64,000 bases of DNA from Takakia lepidozioides (lineage: Eukaryota; Plantae; Bryophyta): positions 73,656,001 to 73,720,000 of the forward strand of contig CM060731.1 in NCBI GenBank assembly GCA_030704615.1, written 5' to 3'. A model generated the notes under the pieces. The model did no database searches. It worked only from the letters and a program-made list of their open reading frames with translations, and was not told where the DNA came from. This document shows positions 11,469 through 24,759 of the stretch, one piece after another (positions within the stretch are counted from its first letter, which is position 1; each line of letters begins with the position of its first letter). Both the position numbers and the translations under genes were made by a program.

Positions 11469-14400
11469 TCACCCCTCCTCTAGCACCGAGTTCCTCGAGG
11501 AGCGGTAAAATCTTGGACTTGCTTAGAGTTGGAGAAAATCCAAAATCCGACAAATGATACTCGCCAAGTATTCGGCTCTTCATTCTTGACTCAAATGATT
11601 TATAAGTCCCTACAACCATCGATAGTGTCCAACACCTTGAACTTGGGACCACGCAGTGATTTGAGCATTCTGATTTTCGAAGCTGCCTTCAAACATGATT
11701 TCGTTGCCCTCTGGGTCCGAAGCCTCAACCTCCAACAGAATTATCAGACTTAGAGTAGGCTCCACTTGCCGTCGTATGGGGTCCAGACGAGGAAGTATGC
11801 GTCGCATTGGTGGCCCATCGTCTCGAGAGCGTCGACATGATGTTGAAGGTCGTGAGAGTCGGAACGGCTAATCTGGTAGCTGGGTAAGCGACAGCTCCAA
11901 TGTATCTAGTTCATGTGACTCCATGTTGCCAATACAAGATGAAAGAGTGCTAGAAGTGTAGCTATATATACTGATGTATGGTGCTCCTCCCTCCTTAGCG
12001 TGTATCAAGTACATTGAATGTGGAGTCTTCACCTTGAAGCTAATTTGGCTGACATCATCGTTGTGATGTCTTATTGACGTGTAGCTCGGGGCTTAGCTGG
12101 ATATCGTTGATGAAACTCTTGGACTTTGTCAGATGCATTGGCGAGGTTGAATGAAGGTTCCCACGTTCATTCGCTGATGTCATAACCTTTTCAATGTACG
12201 AAATACACAAGACATGTATACTTGATGCGAGAGTCTAGGACTTCGTCGACTTCATACTCAATTTCCTGATTGACTTCGATTGGTGGAGGTGGTACGGAGA
12301 CTTTCCCTGTAATATTCGATGGATTATACAACTCCAATAATGAAACATGAAAGACTGGATGGATACGCATACTTTGTGGGAGTTCAAGCCGAAAACTGAC
12401 CGGATTTATTTGTCAAATAATGTTGAATGGTCCTAGGCGTTGATAATCCAACTTCCTTGATGGTCGCGAGGTTTGTATGTCCTGTCGAAGAAGCCACACA
12501 CGATCTCCGACCTTGAACTGGGGTTGGAGTTGGCAACGTTGATCTGCATACTCATTGTATTGTTTTTGAGCTTCTGCGAGGTGGAATGTAAGCTCCTTGT
12601 GAATCATAGCAAGATGAGTAGTAAGGTTTTTTGCAGCAGGGGTTCCAATAGTCTTCATGTGGAAAATGTTTGCTCGAGGATGATGACCATAATTGGAGAA
12701 AAATAGAGTTTGCTTGGTCGAAGAATGTAGAGTGTTGTTGTAGGCAAACTCAGCCAATGACAGAAGGTCCGTCCAATTATCTTCGTGATAATTTATTGTA
12801 CAGCAAAGATACTGCTCTAAAATCTTGTTTACACGTTCGGTTTGACCATCGGTCTGTGGATGATTAGCTGTAGAGAGGTTGATCTTAGTATCCAATATGT
12901 GAAATAATCCCCTCCAGAAATTTGATATGAACTGTGGTCCTTGATCAGATACGATGTCATTCGGGAGTCCATGAATGCGGTAGATATTATTGAGGAAGAG
13001 TCTTGCAGTTTCCTCGCCGGTAACCGTCTTATTACATGGAATGAAATGTGTCATCTTCGTAAAACGATCTATAATAACAAGGATTGAATAGGTGGTCGTG
13101 GAAATTGGAAGATCCGTAATAAAGTCCATAGACACGGACGACCATGGGCCCTTGGGAATGGGTAATGGTTGAAGAAGGCCGTAAGGGCGATGTCGTGGTC
13201 GCTTCGCTCTAACAAGATTTTATAAATTCTTTCACGAGTTTCCACATCTGCGGCCACTAATAGTCCCTGGATATCAATTCCATTGTTTTGTTGAAGCCGA
13301 AATGTCCTTCAGCCGGAAGATCATGACATGTTTGAAAAATTCGAAAGCGTGTAGGTCCTGGAGGTACATAGGGAAGTCCCTTGAAATAAAGTAAGTCATC
13401 TTTGAATTCGAAGTCGTTTGTAACATGTGGGTTGTCTCGAGGTCGATTTAGTTGACTTCGTAGTGTCGTGGCAAATTGGTCGCTCTTCAGTGCTTCCTGA
13501 ATCTCCTTTATGATCTCTACATCGTCATAGGTGGACATAGATAACATATTTAATTGGAGATTTGCTGGTTTGAAGATGATGGATTTCTGTTGGTCAAAAG
13601 CTGCATCCCTTTCTTTTGGCGCAAGATACGATCATCGAGAAAGAGCATCTGGTTTTCCTTGAAGATGTCCGGGACGGTAGGTAATAACAAAATCAAACCT
13701 TGCTAGTGACATCCTTCTCTTATTCGTACAAGGTTGTAAGCTCATCTCAAGTCAATCTTTATGAAAAAATTGCTCGTCCAAGTTGTTCGAGGAGTCCGGA
13801 AATCAACGGTAGTGGGTAACGATTTTTTATAGTGACTTTGTTGAGCCCACGATAGTCCACACACATGCGTAATGATCCGTCCTTCTTCTTCACAAATAAG
13901 ATAGGTGCTCCCGCGGGTGATTTTGAATGTCGAATGAAATTCTTTGACAAATTTTCATCAATGTATTCGCGTAAAGCAGCCAGCTCTGTCCGAGATAAAT
14001 TGTAGATTGGGCCGAATGGTGGTTGAGCTCCTTCTTGCAACTCAATTGCACAATCATAAGGTCGATGTTCTGACAACATGTCTGCATTTTTCTTCTCGAA
14101 GACATCCTTGAAATCTTGATATTGAGTGGGTAATGTCGAAGTACCTTGGTCTGTTGTGGTTTTGATCGGAGTCGCATAAAGTGCAAATGTCGCGTCTTTC
14201 TTCGTAGCTCTCATGAAGGCTCTAGCTCCAAGAAACAGGGGTTTAATACCTTTGGTACTTTTGCACTTTTGTCTTGCCGAAATTTTTCGTGATCGCTAGT
14301 CGATGTCAGGATTATAAAGTACAAACCAGGGAAGTCCACGGATCACAGGATTCGTTGGAGACTGGATGATATTGAAAACAATCTGTGATGCTTGATTTTT

Positions 14401-15575
14401 AAGCTTCACTTCAAGGGGTCGAGTTTCATGGTCAATATTTCCTGATGCTAACGGTCGTCCATCGATGACTTCAACAGGGGCTGAAATTTCTTTCTTACGA
14501 GCGTTAAATTGTGTTGTTTCGCAAAGTCTTTGTCAATCAAACACGCTGAAGCGCCCGAGTTGAGGAATTTGGGGTGTCCAGCTGCATGGTCCCTACTTCG
14601 ACTGGACATCTTCGTTTTCCGACCTCCTCGTATCGAACACTTGAGTTGTGTCCGGAGCTTTGAATCTTCTCTTGTTGGGGCACTTTAATGCTATGTGATC
14701 CTCTTTTCCGCAATAAAGATATAATCCATTCGAGCGCCGTATTTGTTTTTCTTGTGGCGTCAATGGCTTGAATCGGACAGCATCAATCTGCATATGATCA
14801 TTATCGGATGTTTGATGGATCGTTGTGTTTAGTGTCGTAGTAGCAGCGGTATGGTGCGTCGTCGACCATCCAGATTGCTTCTCTTGACGTCTTTCGAACA
14901 AACGATTATCGCATGCAATGACTTGGGTGATGAATTTGCTCAATGTACCACTACAACAAATTGCGGCTTTTACGTCTCTGTGTTATGACTGCAAATGCAG
15001 TCATGGAAGCCATTTACGACTTCCTGACTCTGCAGACGTAAAGACCTAGTCAGTTGTGACATGGCAGATATGACTCTCCAGGCTGGCTGTCAAGTGGCGC
15101 CAGAGCAGCTGTGGGGGTAGTCATACACGCTGGCATTACTGAATGACTGAACGGGTCAATGTCAGCCGCTGTGTAATAGAGACACGTGCTCTCTACAGAA
15201 CACGCCACGTGTTAGACTGCGACGCCATCCGACTGCAGAGGAGGGAATCAGACGTCAGCATGTGTCGCATCGTGATTTTGACACGTGATTCCTCATGTCA
15301 ATTGACACGCGTCGCTGTTGGGGGTTGTAGATTTACTTTATTGTTATTATAATTACTAAAATAATTATTATAATTATTTGTTATTATAATTATTATTACT
15401 GACCAACATGGGACAGTGGCACATTATTAAATAACGAATTTTTGAAATTATATTCTTAGATAAAATATTTATTCGCTCAGATACCAAAACACACCCTTAC
15501 GGGGAAGGAGAGTTTGCCTTAGTGCCTGTGCTGAATTGCATCTGCTACTGTTACCTGTTTATGGATACTTTTTTA

Positions 15576-18500
15576 TTGTCACTTTGGCAGTATCATATCA
15601 AAGTCACTCCAAACTATCTACCATCTACCCATGACCATCTACCCATGCAGGTTTCTTGTAGCTATCCTTCCACAGGGAATCATCGGTAATCTAGAGCTTG
15701 AAATCCGGCTTTCTTGGATGATCTGGACCCACACTCTATCCCTGCTCCTTCAGCTATCCATGCCTCTGCATAGATCATGCATATATCCTTGCATTGCTGT
15801 TAGCAGCTGACAATGACAGCCTACATGTGTTCCAGCAAACACCCAACTCAACTTACCACACAAATTTCTATTCTCAATTGCATATGTTACTCTCTGTAAT
15901 CCAACAGGCATTTACCTTTTTGCCTCGGTTGTCCCACCATTGACTGGGGTCAGAAAAGTATTCATTCCACAGCTTCCCCTCATCTCCGTTAACTATTTTT
16001 CGATACTTTCCTGTTGTCACATTGGCAATATCATGTCAAAGTCACTCCAAACTAGATTCACTCAACCAGCTAACTTGCAGACATTGAAATTTAGGGCCGG
16101 TTCTGATAAGAGGGAAAAACAGGGTGAAATGTGTTGAAGAAGGTGCCTTTATTAGCAGTGCTTGATTTTATCAATTGTGCCGCTACTCCTGCGGCTTCCA
16201 GTTCACCATCTACCCATGCAGGTTTCTTATAGCTAAATCCACAGGTAATCATAGGTAATCATGTGCTTGAAATCTGGCCCTCTTGGATGAATCTGGACCC
16301 ATACTCTATCCCTGCTCTTTCAGCTATCACTGCTTCTGCACAAATCATGCATACTTCCTTGCCTTGCAGCTGATAATGACAGCCTACATTTGTTCTAGGA
16401 AACACCCAACTCAGCTTATCACACTAGTTCCTATGCTGAATTGCGTCTGCCCTCTATAATATAACAGGCATTAACCTTTTTCCCTCGGTTGTCCCACCAT
16501 TCCACAACTTCTCCTCGTCTCTGTGACCTGTTTCTGGATACTTTCCTGTTGTCACATTGGCATCATGTCAAAGTTCAGATCGACATCTAGTACAATTCCA
16601 CCACGAACCTCTTTGCTATTTTGCAGGGCTGCCAGGCTTGCACACATGTTGCAAATGTAACAAACGCGATGTGGTTGCGCTGCAGTATCCCTTCCCACAC
16701 CACTCTCCAAAGGGCCTCCATCCCGTGCCGCTGTTGTGCATATCCTGGGATCATCATCCTCCATGCACCCCAATTTGGCATACAAGTCCACAAGGGCATA
16801 GTTCAGAACAACATTTGTTTAATTCCAGCTTGGACGATCAACATCACAAACCCCGTCTTCACTCATTGCCTACTCTAGGTAAGTGCAATTATGGGCTAGG
16901 CTGGTACCACATCTCATTCAGCCATATTATCAAAACAACCATGTATCCTTGTAGTTGCACCCTGCAACCTTGGCATACATGTCCACTACGGCAACCTTCA
17001 GAATCACATCAAATACAATACCAGCTTTGACAATATCACCGTGGACCTCTGTACCCTTTTTCAGGGCTGTCAGGCGTGCATTTGACATACATATCCACCA
17101 AGGCTGTGTTTAGAGTGACATCTAGTGGTACAATTCCAGATTTGATAATGGACCTTTGCGTCCTTTCCAGGGCTACCAGGCTCGCATTTGACATACATGT
17201 ACACCAGGGGAATGTTCAGAATGACATCAGGTACAATTCCAGCTTTGATGATGTCACCATGAACCTCTTGGCCCCTTCCCAGGGCTGCTAGGCTCGCATA
17301 TGCATATTAACAAACACAAATGAACATGACCTGGTTTGGCTTCATCCTTTCCCACATCATTTGTTCTTAGGTTTCCAAAGCCTTACTCCCACACCTATGC
17401 TACACACACCTTACAAACATGGCAGTCCACAACACCACATCTCATTTAGCCATGTTGTCGAACTCTCCCTTTGCATCAGGCTTGCTGCACCCACATTTGG
17501 CATACATGTCCGCTAGGGCATTGGTCAGAATGACAACTAGTACAGTTTCAGCTTTGACGATGGCACATGGTCAAGAGATATCCCAATATCCCGCTACCAA
17601 TGGGTTCAATGCATACTCTTGTCACATTGGCAGTATCATGTCAAAGTCACTCCAACTAGATTCACTCAACCAGCTAACTTGCATAATTGAACATGAAAAT
17701 TTAGGGCCGATTCTGATAAGAGGGGAAAATAGGGTGAAATGTGTTTTCAGAAGGTGCCTTCATTAGCAGTGCTTGATTGTATCAATTGTGCTGCTGCTGC
17801 TGCGGCTTCCAATTGACCATCTACCCATGCAGGTTTCTTGTATCTATCCTTCCACAGGGAATCATAGATAATCTGGAGCTTGAAATCTGACCCTCTTCCA
17901 CACTCTATCCATGCTCCTTCAGCTATCTATGCCTCTGCACAAAATCATGCATACAACAATCATTCCAGCAAACACCCCCAACCCTACTTATCAATGAGCA
18001 ACGAGCTAACTTACATAATTCAATATGCATCTCAAGGCCGAGTCTGATGAGAGGGCAAAACAGGCTGAAATAGGTCGAAGAAGAACCCATAGAGGATTTG
18101 ACCGACCATCAACCTAAAAGGACCTCTTGTGTGTGCTGCTTGTGTCTTGTAGTCAGGTAATGTCGGATTGGTCAGTGAGAACCAGCACGGTGCAGATGAG
18201 CAGGCAGAGATTGAAACACGGCCTGCTAAGACCAAGCTGACTCTCCCAAGAACCTTGAAACATCAGGAAGAATACCAAATCATGGTACTAACATGAGCCA
18301 ACAGCCCACATTTGCAGGATGGACAAACTTCTTCACATCGTACATTAAGGAAAAGCCACACCTTGCCATTGCGGTTGTCGCACCATCGTGAAGGATCTTT
18401 AAAAATCTCATGCCAACTCTGCTCCGTGCTGCAAATGAAGGGCCGAGTCTGATGAGAGGGCAAAACAGGCTGAAATAGGTCGAAGAAGAAGGTGCCCTCA

Positions 18501-18945
18501 CCACATTGTCCTCGACCTTGTGTCATGGCCCATGGAGGATTTGACTGACCATGAACCCAAGAGGACCTCTTCAGTGTGCTGCTTGTTTCTGTAGTCAGGT
18601 AATGTCGGATTGGTCAGTGAGAACCACCACGGTGCAGCTGAGTGGGCAGAGATTGAAACACGGCCTGCTAAGACCAAGCTAACTCTCCCAAGAACCTTGT
18701 AAACATCAGGAAGAATACCAAATCATGGTACTAACAGGAGCCAACAACCCACATTTGCAGGATGGACAAACTTCTTCACATCGTACATTAAGAAAAAACC
18801 ACACCTTGCGATTGCGGTTGTCCCACCATCGTGAAGGATCTTTTAGAAACTCATGCCAGCTCTGCTCTGTGCTGTAAAATCAGGGCCGAGCGGGTAGAGA
18901 TTGAAACACGGCTTGCTAAGACGAAGCTGACTCTCCCAAGAACGG
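15576..18945. repeat. Internal direct duplications in the CACTA cargo
   Basis: Block starting TTGTCAC.TTGGC...TCAAAGT at 15576, 16014, 16549 (partial) and 17619; second block GGCCGAGTCTGATGAGAGGGC at ~18035, 18440 and 18882 (partial). Confidence 0.85.
16590..17560 (-). pseudogene. Captured PLS-class PPR gene fragments
   Basis: Five degenerate ALVDMYAKCG-type motifs: NALADMYAKCG (~17500), LVYMYVKC (~17190), ALVDMYVKC (~17085), VVDMYAK (~16975), ALVDLYAKLGCMED (~16775). Confidence 0.75.
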
Positions 18946-19189
18946 CAGGCTCCTAGCCGAAACCTCCTCGCACACATACCGTAGCGTTTCTAGGGTTGCT
19001 TGCTCCAAATGCGAAGGTTGATCCAACTACGGGCCTCCCATGCATGTTTGCCCTCTCTCCCGCTCGCTCGCTCTAAGTCCCAACCCTCTCTCTCTCTCCC
19101 TCCCGCTCGCTCTAAGTCTGTTCACGCTACCGTGATGGGCAACTTTTTAAGTTTTTTAACCTTTTTGTAAACCCTAAAAGCCCCTCTTT

Positions 19190-19398
19190 GATTTTTTTTT
19201 TTTAAATTTTATTTTCTTAAAGGAAACCACAGGTCCTTGAGGAGGGGGGGAAATTCACCCGCCTTCATTTATGGGCCATAAGACGTACAGGACGATCAAC
19301 GCCCAGACATACTGTCACGAACAATCCCACACACGGGATAAGGCAGCGGGTTTGAACCCCAAACCACCAGGGCGACACACTGTGCACTTACCAGCCGA
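19190..19398 (-). mobile_element. tRNA-derived SINE (5'-clipped) with A-rich tail, inside the CACTA
   Basis: Partial A box TCGGCTGGTAA, B box GGTTCAAACC (~19349-19358), poly(A) tail at ~19190-19220. Confidence 0.6.
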
Positions 19399-20584
19399 TG
19401 TGTTTTTTTTTTAAATTGCATTTAAAAAAAAAATTGATTCTAGTGGCCAGAGTCTCCATTTTTTCAAAATATAAATACTCATATATTATATATATAACCA
19501 GAAAAGCATGTGTTGACATGTGCAGTCATGTAGTGATTTATCCATGTGATGATCTGGCAGAATGCATTAGAGTGAGAGTCATGAAGTCATATGTCTTTCT
19601 AGCAATATACACACGTCATTCTAGTGTAGCCATGACCGTGACTAGTAGTCATATCTGCCATGCCAATATTCGTGGTCAAACATGTTTGACCTGTGTTCCG
19701 CAGAGTCCGGAGCCATGCAGTCGCATATACGCCTTCCCCAGACCTGCATTATGACTTCAAAAGCATTTTACGACTGCAAATGGCATTTCTGCCACAAATC
19801 TGTCATGACTGCGCACCCATGGGAGTCGTAAAAGCCGCAATCTGTTGTAGTGTACTCACGTTTGGCATTGTCAACAACAAATATTTTACATCCTCTTTTA
19901 GGCCACATCGAAACTGACTAATGAGACTCTTCTCATTCCAGTCGAGGTCGCACGCAAGTTGTCAAAATTCGGCAGCATAAACGGAAACTGGACGTGCTCA
20001 TTGTCGAGGATTTCGCATCTTTGTCTCTGCAACTCTTTCTCTATCATTCCCTCCAAACGTTGCAGTGAACTCGGACATGAACGCTTCAAAATTGTATAGT
20101 AAATGCGAATTTTTCTTTAATAGCGGTGCAAACCAAAATAGGGCAGTGCCGGATAGAAGGATGCCCACAAATCCCACTTGAATACCTTCATCAGGGTAGC
20201 GTTGTGGATGTAGTCGTAGGAACAATCGTACTTGTTGAACAAAACCGCGAAATCTTGATCTCGTCCCATCAAATTTTTCAGGCATGCTGATCTTTGGTTC
20301 CCTTGTAATCTGTTGAAGATTTGGAGGAACCGTTGCAGTAGGATTTATTGTAGTAGAGACTCGTAAGGTTGAAGATCCATTGTTCGACTCCTTCAAATCT
20401 GAAATTTGTTGTTGCAAATTATTGAGAGCGTTGCCAAGATCTTGAGATTAATCAACTTGTACTTGGGCAGTAGATGCATGAAATTCTTGCATCTGGAACT
20501 GAAGACTCTGCAATGTGGCGACCATTTCCGCAAATGTGTCTTCCATCTTAACTAACTAAGGAACAAACTTTAGTCTCGCCAAAC

Positions 20585-20994
20585 TGTCAATGACGAGAAC
20601 ATGACTGAACACAAACAAGAGATCAGACTAGAGATACAAGACTAGGCAAGAAGTCAAGGTCAGCGTGGCCGTATGCACGATGAGTAAATATGAATCAAGA
20701 CAATCTTTATAACAATGAACAAGAGTACAAGATATTGGAACACGACTTGAATACTGGAATGCTGGAAACTAGACTGGAGTACCAGATCTTGGAAACTGGG
20801 CTAAAGTACTGGGAACTGGAAACAAGAGTAGCTTGAACTGGTGTTGGTGAGACTGGACACTCGTTGGCGAGACTGAAGAGTGTCCAGTCTCGCCTCCTAT
20901 ATATACTGACTAGTAAAAAGTCTCCTAAGAAGCTTCCCTTATGGAGGTTTCTTGATGGAGAAGTTTTCAAGAGTAAACAAAGGTTTCTTGATAG
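20585..20994 (-). repeat. 5' LTR (truncated) of chromovirus copy 2
   Basis: Matches 10827-11235, including an extra GAGTGTCCAGTCTCACCAAC segment absent from copy 1 LTRs. Confidence 0.9.
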
Positions 20995-21365
20995 TTTTGC
21001 TGACATTGGTCTGTCTGATGATCATGTAGATCAATTGCATCTCCCAGCACAATTTGTCGCTGGACCCCCGGTCAGTCCCCTCACTACTGTGCAATCTGCT
21101 TATCTTGATCAAGTCCTGACTGATATCAAAATTGGCTTTGGTCTCACTGACAATGAGAGGTCTCGTTTATATCTTTTGGGAGGAGGCAGGGATAACAAAG
21201 TCAGCGGGAGTGCAAAGAAGAGTGGTGTTACCTGGGATTGGAATGGGAGGGCCACTCTTCTTACCAGGCAAAGGTGGCTGCCATTGATACAGGATGAAGG
21301 GAGCCGTCTTGACAAAGTTAAAGTAGTGTGTCCAGTTGTATTGCTCACCCACCTGCCGCTTTGTT

Positions 21366-23147
21366 TCAGCAATAAGGGTTCGCATGTGGGAGAGATGTGC
21401 AGTGGCACAACCAGCAGGCAAGGAGACAGAGTTGAGCTGCACCTTGTGGGGGGGAGGAGCTGCCACTGGTAAGCCACATGACGTTTTCAACCACATCAAT
21501 TTTTGCCCCTGCAGCACACATCCAATCCAAGCCTAACATCAACTGATCACCAATGGTGACGATATAAGTTAGTGTGACTGACTTGCAACTGACCTTAATG
21601 GGGACGGTGACCAAACCTAGGGGTTCATAACGTGTGCCATCTGCAATGGTCACCTGCAGACCCTTGGCTGGAGTGAGCTTGAGACCAAGTAGTCGAACCA
21701 CGGACAATGGAACAGCAGACATAGTACAGCCTGTGTCAACAACACATGAAAACGAGAGATGCCCTATGTGACATTGAGTCATGAGAAGGTGCACTCTCTC
21801 CTTCCTAAGCTTTCTATTGGCTTCACAATGCATCATTTTGAATTCATTGGACAACATTACAGAAACAATGGAGTCATCCTTCGCAGGGTGTGTGGGAGAC
21901 CGACCGCTTGGCCCCTTCACAAGCGATCGGGTTCGTTTAAAGGCTGTTTGCCCCTCTGTTCTCGTTGAATACATTTGTGTTCTTCAATCATACCAAGGAC
22001 AAGAGCGGCATAAGTGCAGAAGCGGGTCCAGTGCTCAAGTGACCCACAAATGAAACAGGCCACACGTTTACCTTGAACCTCATACCGTGGGCCAGTCTGA
22101 GTGTGGCCACGATGAGAGTCAACAGGAGGAGGCTTGGCAGGTGCAGCCCTCTAGGATCCTTCTGCCCTCACAGCCTGAAGCTGAGTACGCAACTCTTGTT
22201 GTAGGTTTTTAACTTCCTCCAGCAATGTGGGAGAGGCCTCTGTAGAGCCACCCTTAACCATGGCAACCCCATGAGAACAGTTGGAAGCATGCTGATGAGC
22301 AGAATGAACAACAAGTTGACAACCTTTGCCTAGTTTAGCATTCTTAAACCGCATGCGCTCATCCATCATCTCTACCATATGCCTCTCATTGCGATAAGGA
22401 TGCTTTTTGTAGGTAGACTTGATTAGAGGCAGACAATCCGGTAATGAAGTAGGTTTTAAGGATGGCAGTGCATTTAGAAGGTACCTGAATGGCCTTGACC
22501 ACCGTGGTTTTCAAGTCAGTATAGTATTTCCTGATACTCTCACCAGGTTGATAACGACGATCGAGCATGGTGTAATTAATGAGCATGTCTGCACGAAACA
22601 ACTGAGGCGCCAACTGCTTGGCCACTCCCCATCGCAACTCACCCTGATCCTTGATACTAGCTTGAAAGAGGCCACGAGCCTCACCTTTGAGACAAAAACG
22701 AAAGGAATCAGTAATCATAGAAGCTGGCAGCTCATTGAATTTGACACTCATCTCAAAAAAATTGAGGAAGTTGTCAAAGTCTTGGCCTACCTCATAGTCA
22801 GGATAAGGCCGTTTGTGAGCACGATGAACCTCCTTGAGCTGGGTAACTGAATGCGAACCTACTTGTTTATCCAAAAAGAGCTGCATAAGAGCTGGACAAC
22901 TAGACAGCATAGCCATAGCATCACAAATGCCCTGAATATTTAGGTTAGGCACATTACCAGAGGCTGGAGGGACCCCTTGGGTCGGACTGGTATTATCACC
23001 TGGCCGTGGCTCTTCAGGAGACAAGGTTTCAGATATAGGATCAGGAAGAGCGTCACCATCATCTTTCACATCATCAGTAAGATCCACATCATGCAACTCA
23101 TCTAGCACATTCCAGGGCTCCTTGCCAGACCGAGTAGTGACAGACAT
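21366..23147 (-). pseudogene. gag-protease of the AG..CT gypsy element (stops/frameshifts)
   Basis: Capsid-like 253-aa ORF and retropepsin motif DTG. Confidence 0.8.
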
Positions 23148-23180
23148 TGTAGTTGGTCGTGTTTAAAAAAATCAAAGTGG

Positions 23181-24110
23181 TTACCTTCTACTGGAGGATC
23201 GTGCAGGACGCAATTTGGACTCCCAGTACTTGATACAATAGCCACTTATGAACCTGTGTTTGTGAAGCATGTAAACACCTTCACCCAGAAAGTGCCACAG
23301 TTCTTCGTCCACTTTGAGCCAAAAAGCCACGCGAACAATGGAGCGGATAAGCTTTTCCTTGGCAAGTAGTGTATGCACTGGATAATCAGTAACAGGAAAG
23401 CCAGGCAAGTAGTAACCCAGTCGTTCCTGTCTAAACACAAGAGCAGGGAAAATCAAAATATCATGCACAGTATGAGGAAAGCGAGAGATGGGAATGCCTG
23501 CGACATGGTCATCCCAAATGATGTCCACACTGCAGTCAGGTTTCCAGGTAGGCCGCAGGTTGGCCAAGACAAGTGAACTGCCACCTTTCACCAGCTCCCA
23601 CAGACGATGCGCACTGGGTAAGTTGGGCGGAAGGAAGTTCTCACACTCGCCAGTAACCTCCCCAGCTACGGTGAATTGCGGAATACCAAGTTCAGCCCAC
23701 GACAGCCGGCAACCCTTCAGGAGCTTGTCTTTGGCCTCAAGTAATGGAAGCTTGCGGGCTATCTCCGCAACAAAGAGTCACTGCAGGGCCTTGGCCGCTC
23801 GGGCCCCTTCAAAGGCTTGGATACACTTCCGCCACTGCTCCGTTTTTTCTTGCGGGGTGTGGGTGGGCTTCAGACCCTCCAACGCAGCGGTCAACTCAAA
23901 CTGAGCCACCCAGTGATCAGAAGATGTGTCGAGGATTAATTCAGGGCGTTCAACCGGGGCACCAAGGGGCGGATAATCAACTTCAACCACTAGGCTAGGA
24001 TCAACCGAAGCACGCACAATGCTAGCTAAAATTGACTCAAAATGACCAGCAGGAGTTTCCTTGTACTCCTTGAGCTCAGCGTTAGTTGAAGGATCAAAAG
24101 ACGAGGCCAT
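23181..24110 (-). pseudogene. ~310-codon ORF upstream of gag, unknown function (one in-frame TGA at 23778-23780)
   Basis: ORFs 23778-24110 and 23181-23591 share a frame and read through as one protein. Confidence 0.6.
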
Positions 24111-24759
24111 TGCCGCAGGTTGCAGAAGTGTAAGCAGATACCGTGAAAGCCAGGAGCAAGCAAAAACACGAGCGAAAACTGAAACAGTAGAGCGCCGCCA
24201 TGGTAACAGTGTTAGCGTACAACTACCTGACGTACAAGGAAGAATGTGCAGCTAATGATTAACGAAATCCTGCAACCCCATCTCCACCAAGATTCTCGCC
24301 TACCCCGTTATTTCTCTTCCTCTAGGGGTATTGAGCTATAAGGGGGATGTATGCTCGGTAAAGCAGGCTAGCGAGATAGGCAGGATCCAATGGAGAGGAG
24401 TCAGAATCACTCACGCACCGTCACAGCACATCCTATCCAAAACTCCCACACAGATACAATAGGGTTTCACACCAAACTTACACCGCCGCCTTAAGCGTCG
24501 TGTTGATCCCTTTTATAAACGAAGGCCCACAATCTTATCTAACCAAGTGGCAAGCCCTGATTGGTCACTTGGATGCCATCCGGGTGTCTGTCCAGATAGG
24601 ACACCACCTCATTCTATTTTAGAGATAATTAGCTGTTAACATAAGACAATACTTAGTTTAAAAATAGATTGTTTCCAGCTGTTTCATCCAAGCCCTTTTT
24701 CAACGGTCATCATCCAACGTCTGTTCATCCAATGTCGAAAAGGTAGGTAGAAGGAATCT

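Larger units (their letters stand above)
14949..19852. mobile_element. Non-autonomous CACTA (Pack-CACTA), 4904 bp
   Basis: TIRs CACTACAACAAATTGCGGCTTTTACG / CGTAAAAGCCGCAATCTGTTGTAGTG; 3-bp TSD TAC (14946-48, 19853-55); removing it restores gag. Confidence 0.95.
10827..20994 (-). mobile_element. Chromovirus copy 2, interrupted in gag by a CACTA; most of RT/RH deleted; 5' LTR truncated
   Basis: 3' LTR 10827-11468, PPT 11469-11482, chromodomain/integrase ~12070-13550, RT start 13759-14214 ([17 protein letters not shown]) joined to the RH end at ~13710, gag 14593-14948 plus 19853-20546, PBS 20572-20582, 5' LTR 20585-20994. Confidence 0.93.
20995..24759 (-). mobile_element. 5' half of a second Ty3/gypsy-type element: LTR, tRNA-Ala-like PBS, upstream ORF, gag, protease
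   Basis: Putative LTR 24290-24759 (AGATTC...GAATCT, TATAAAA ~24511-24517), PBS TGGTGGAGATG(GGG) 24276-24289, ORF 23181-24110 (one stop), gag 22386-23147 (QPGESIRKYY), Cys/His knuckle ~21985-22060, protease VVDTGC...LGLDW 21366-21974. Confidence 0.8.
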
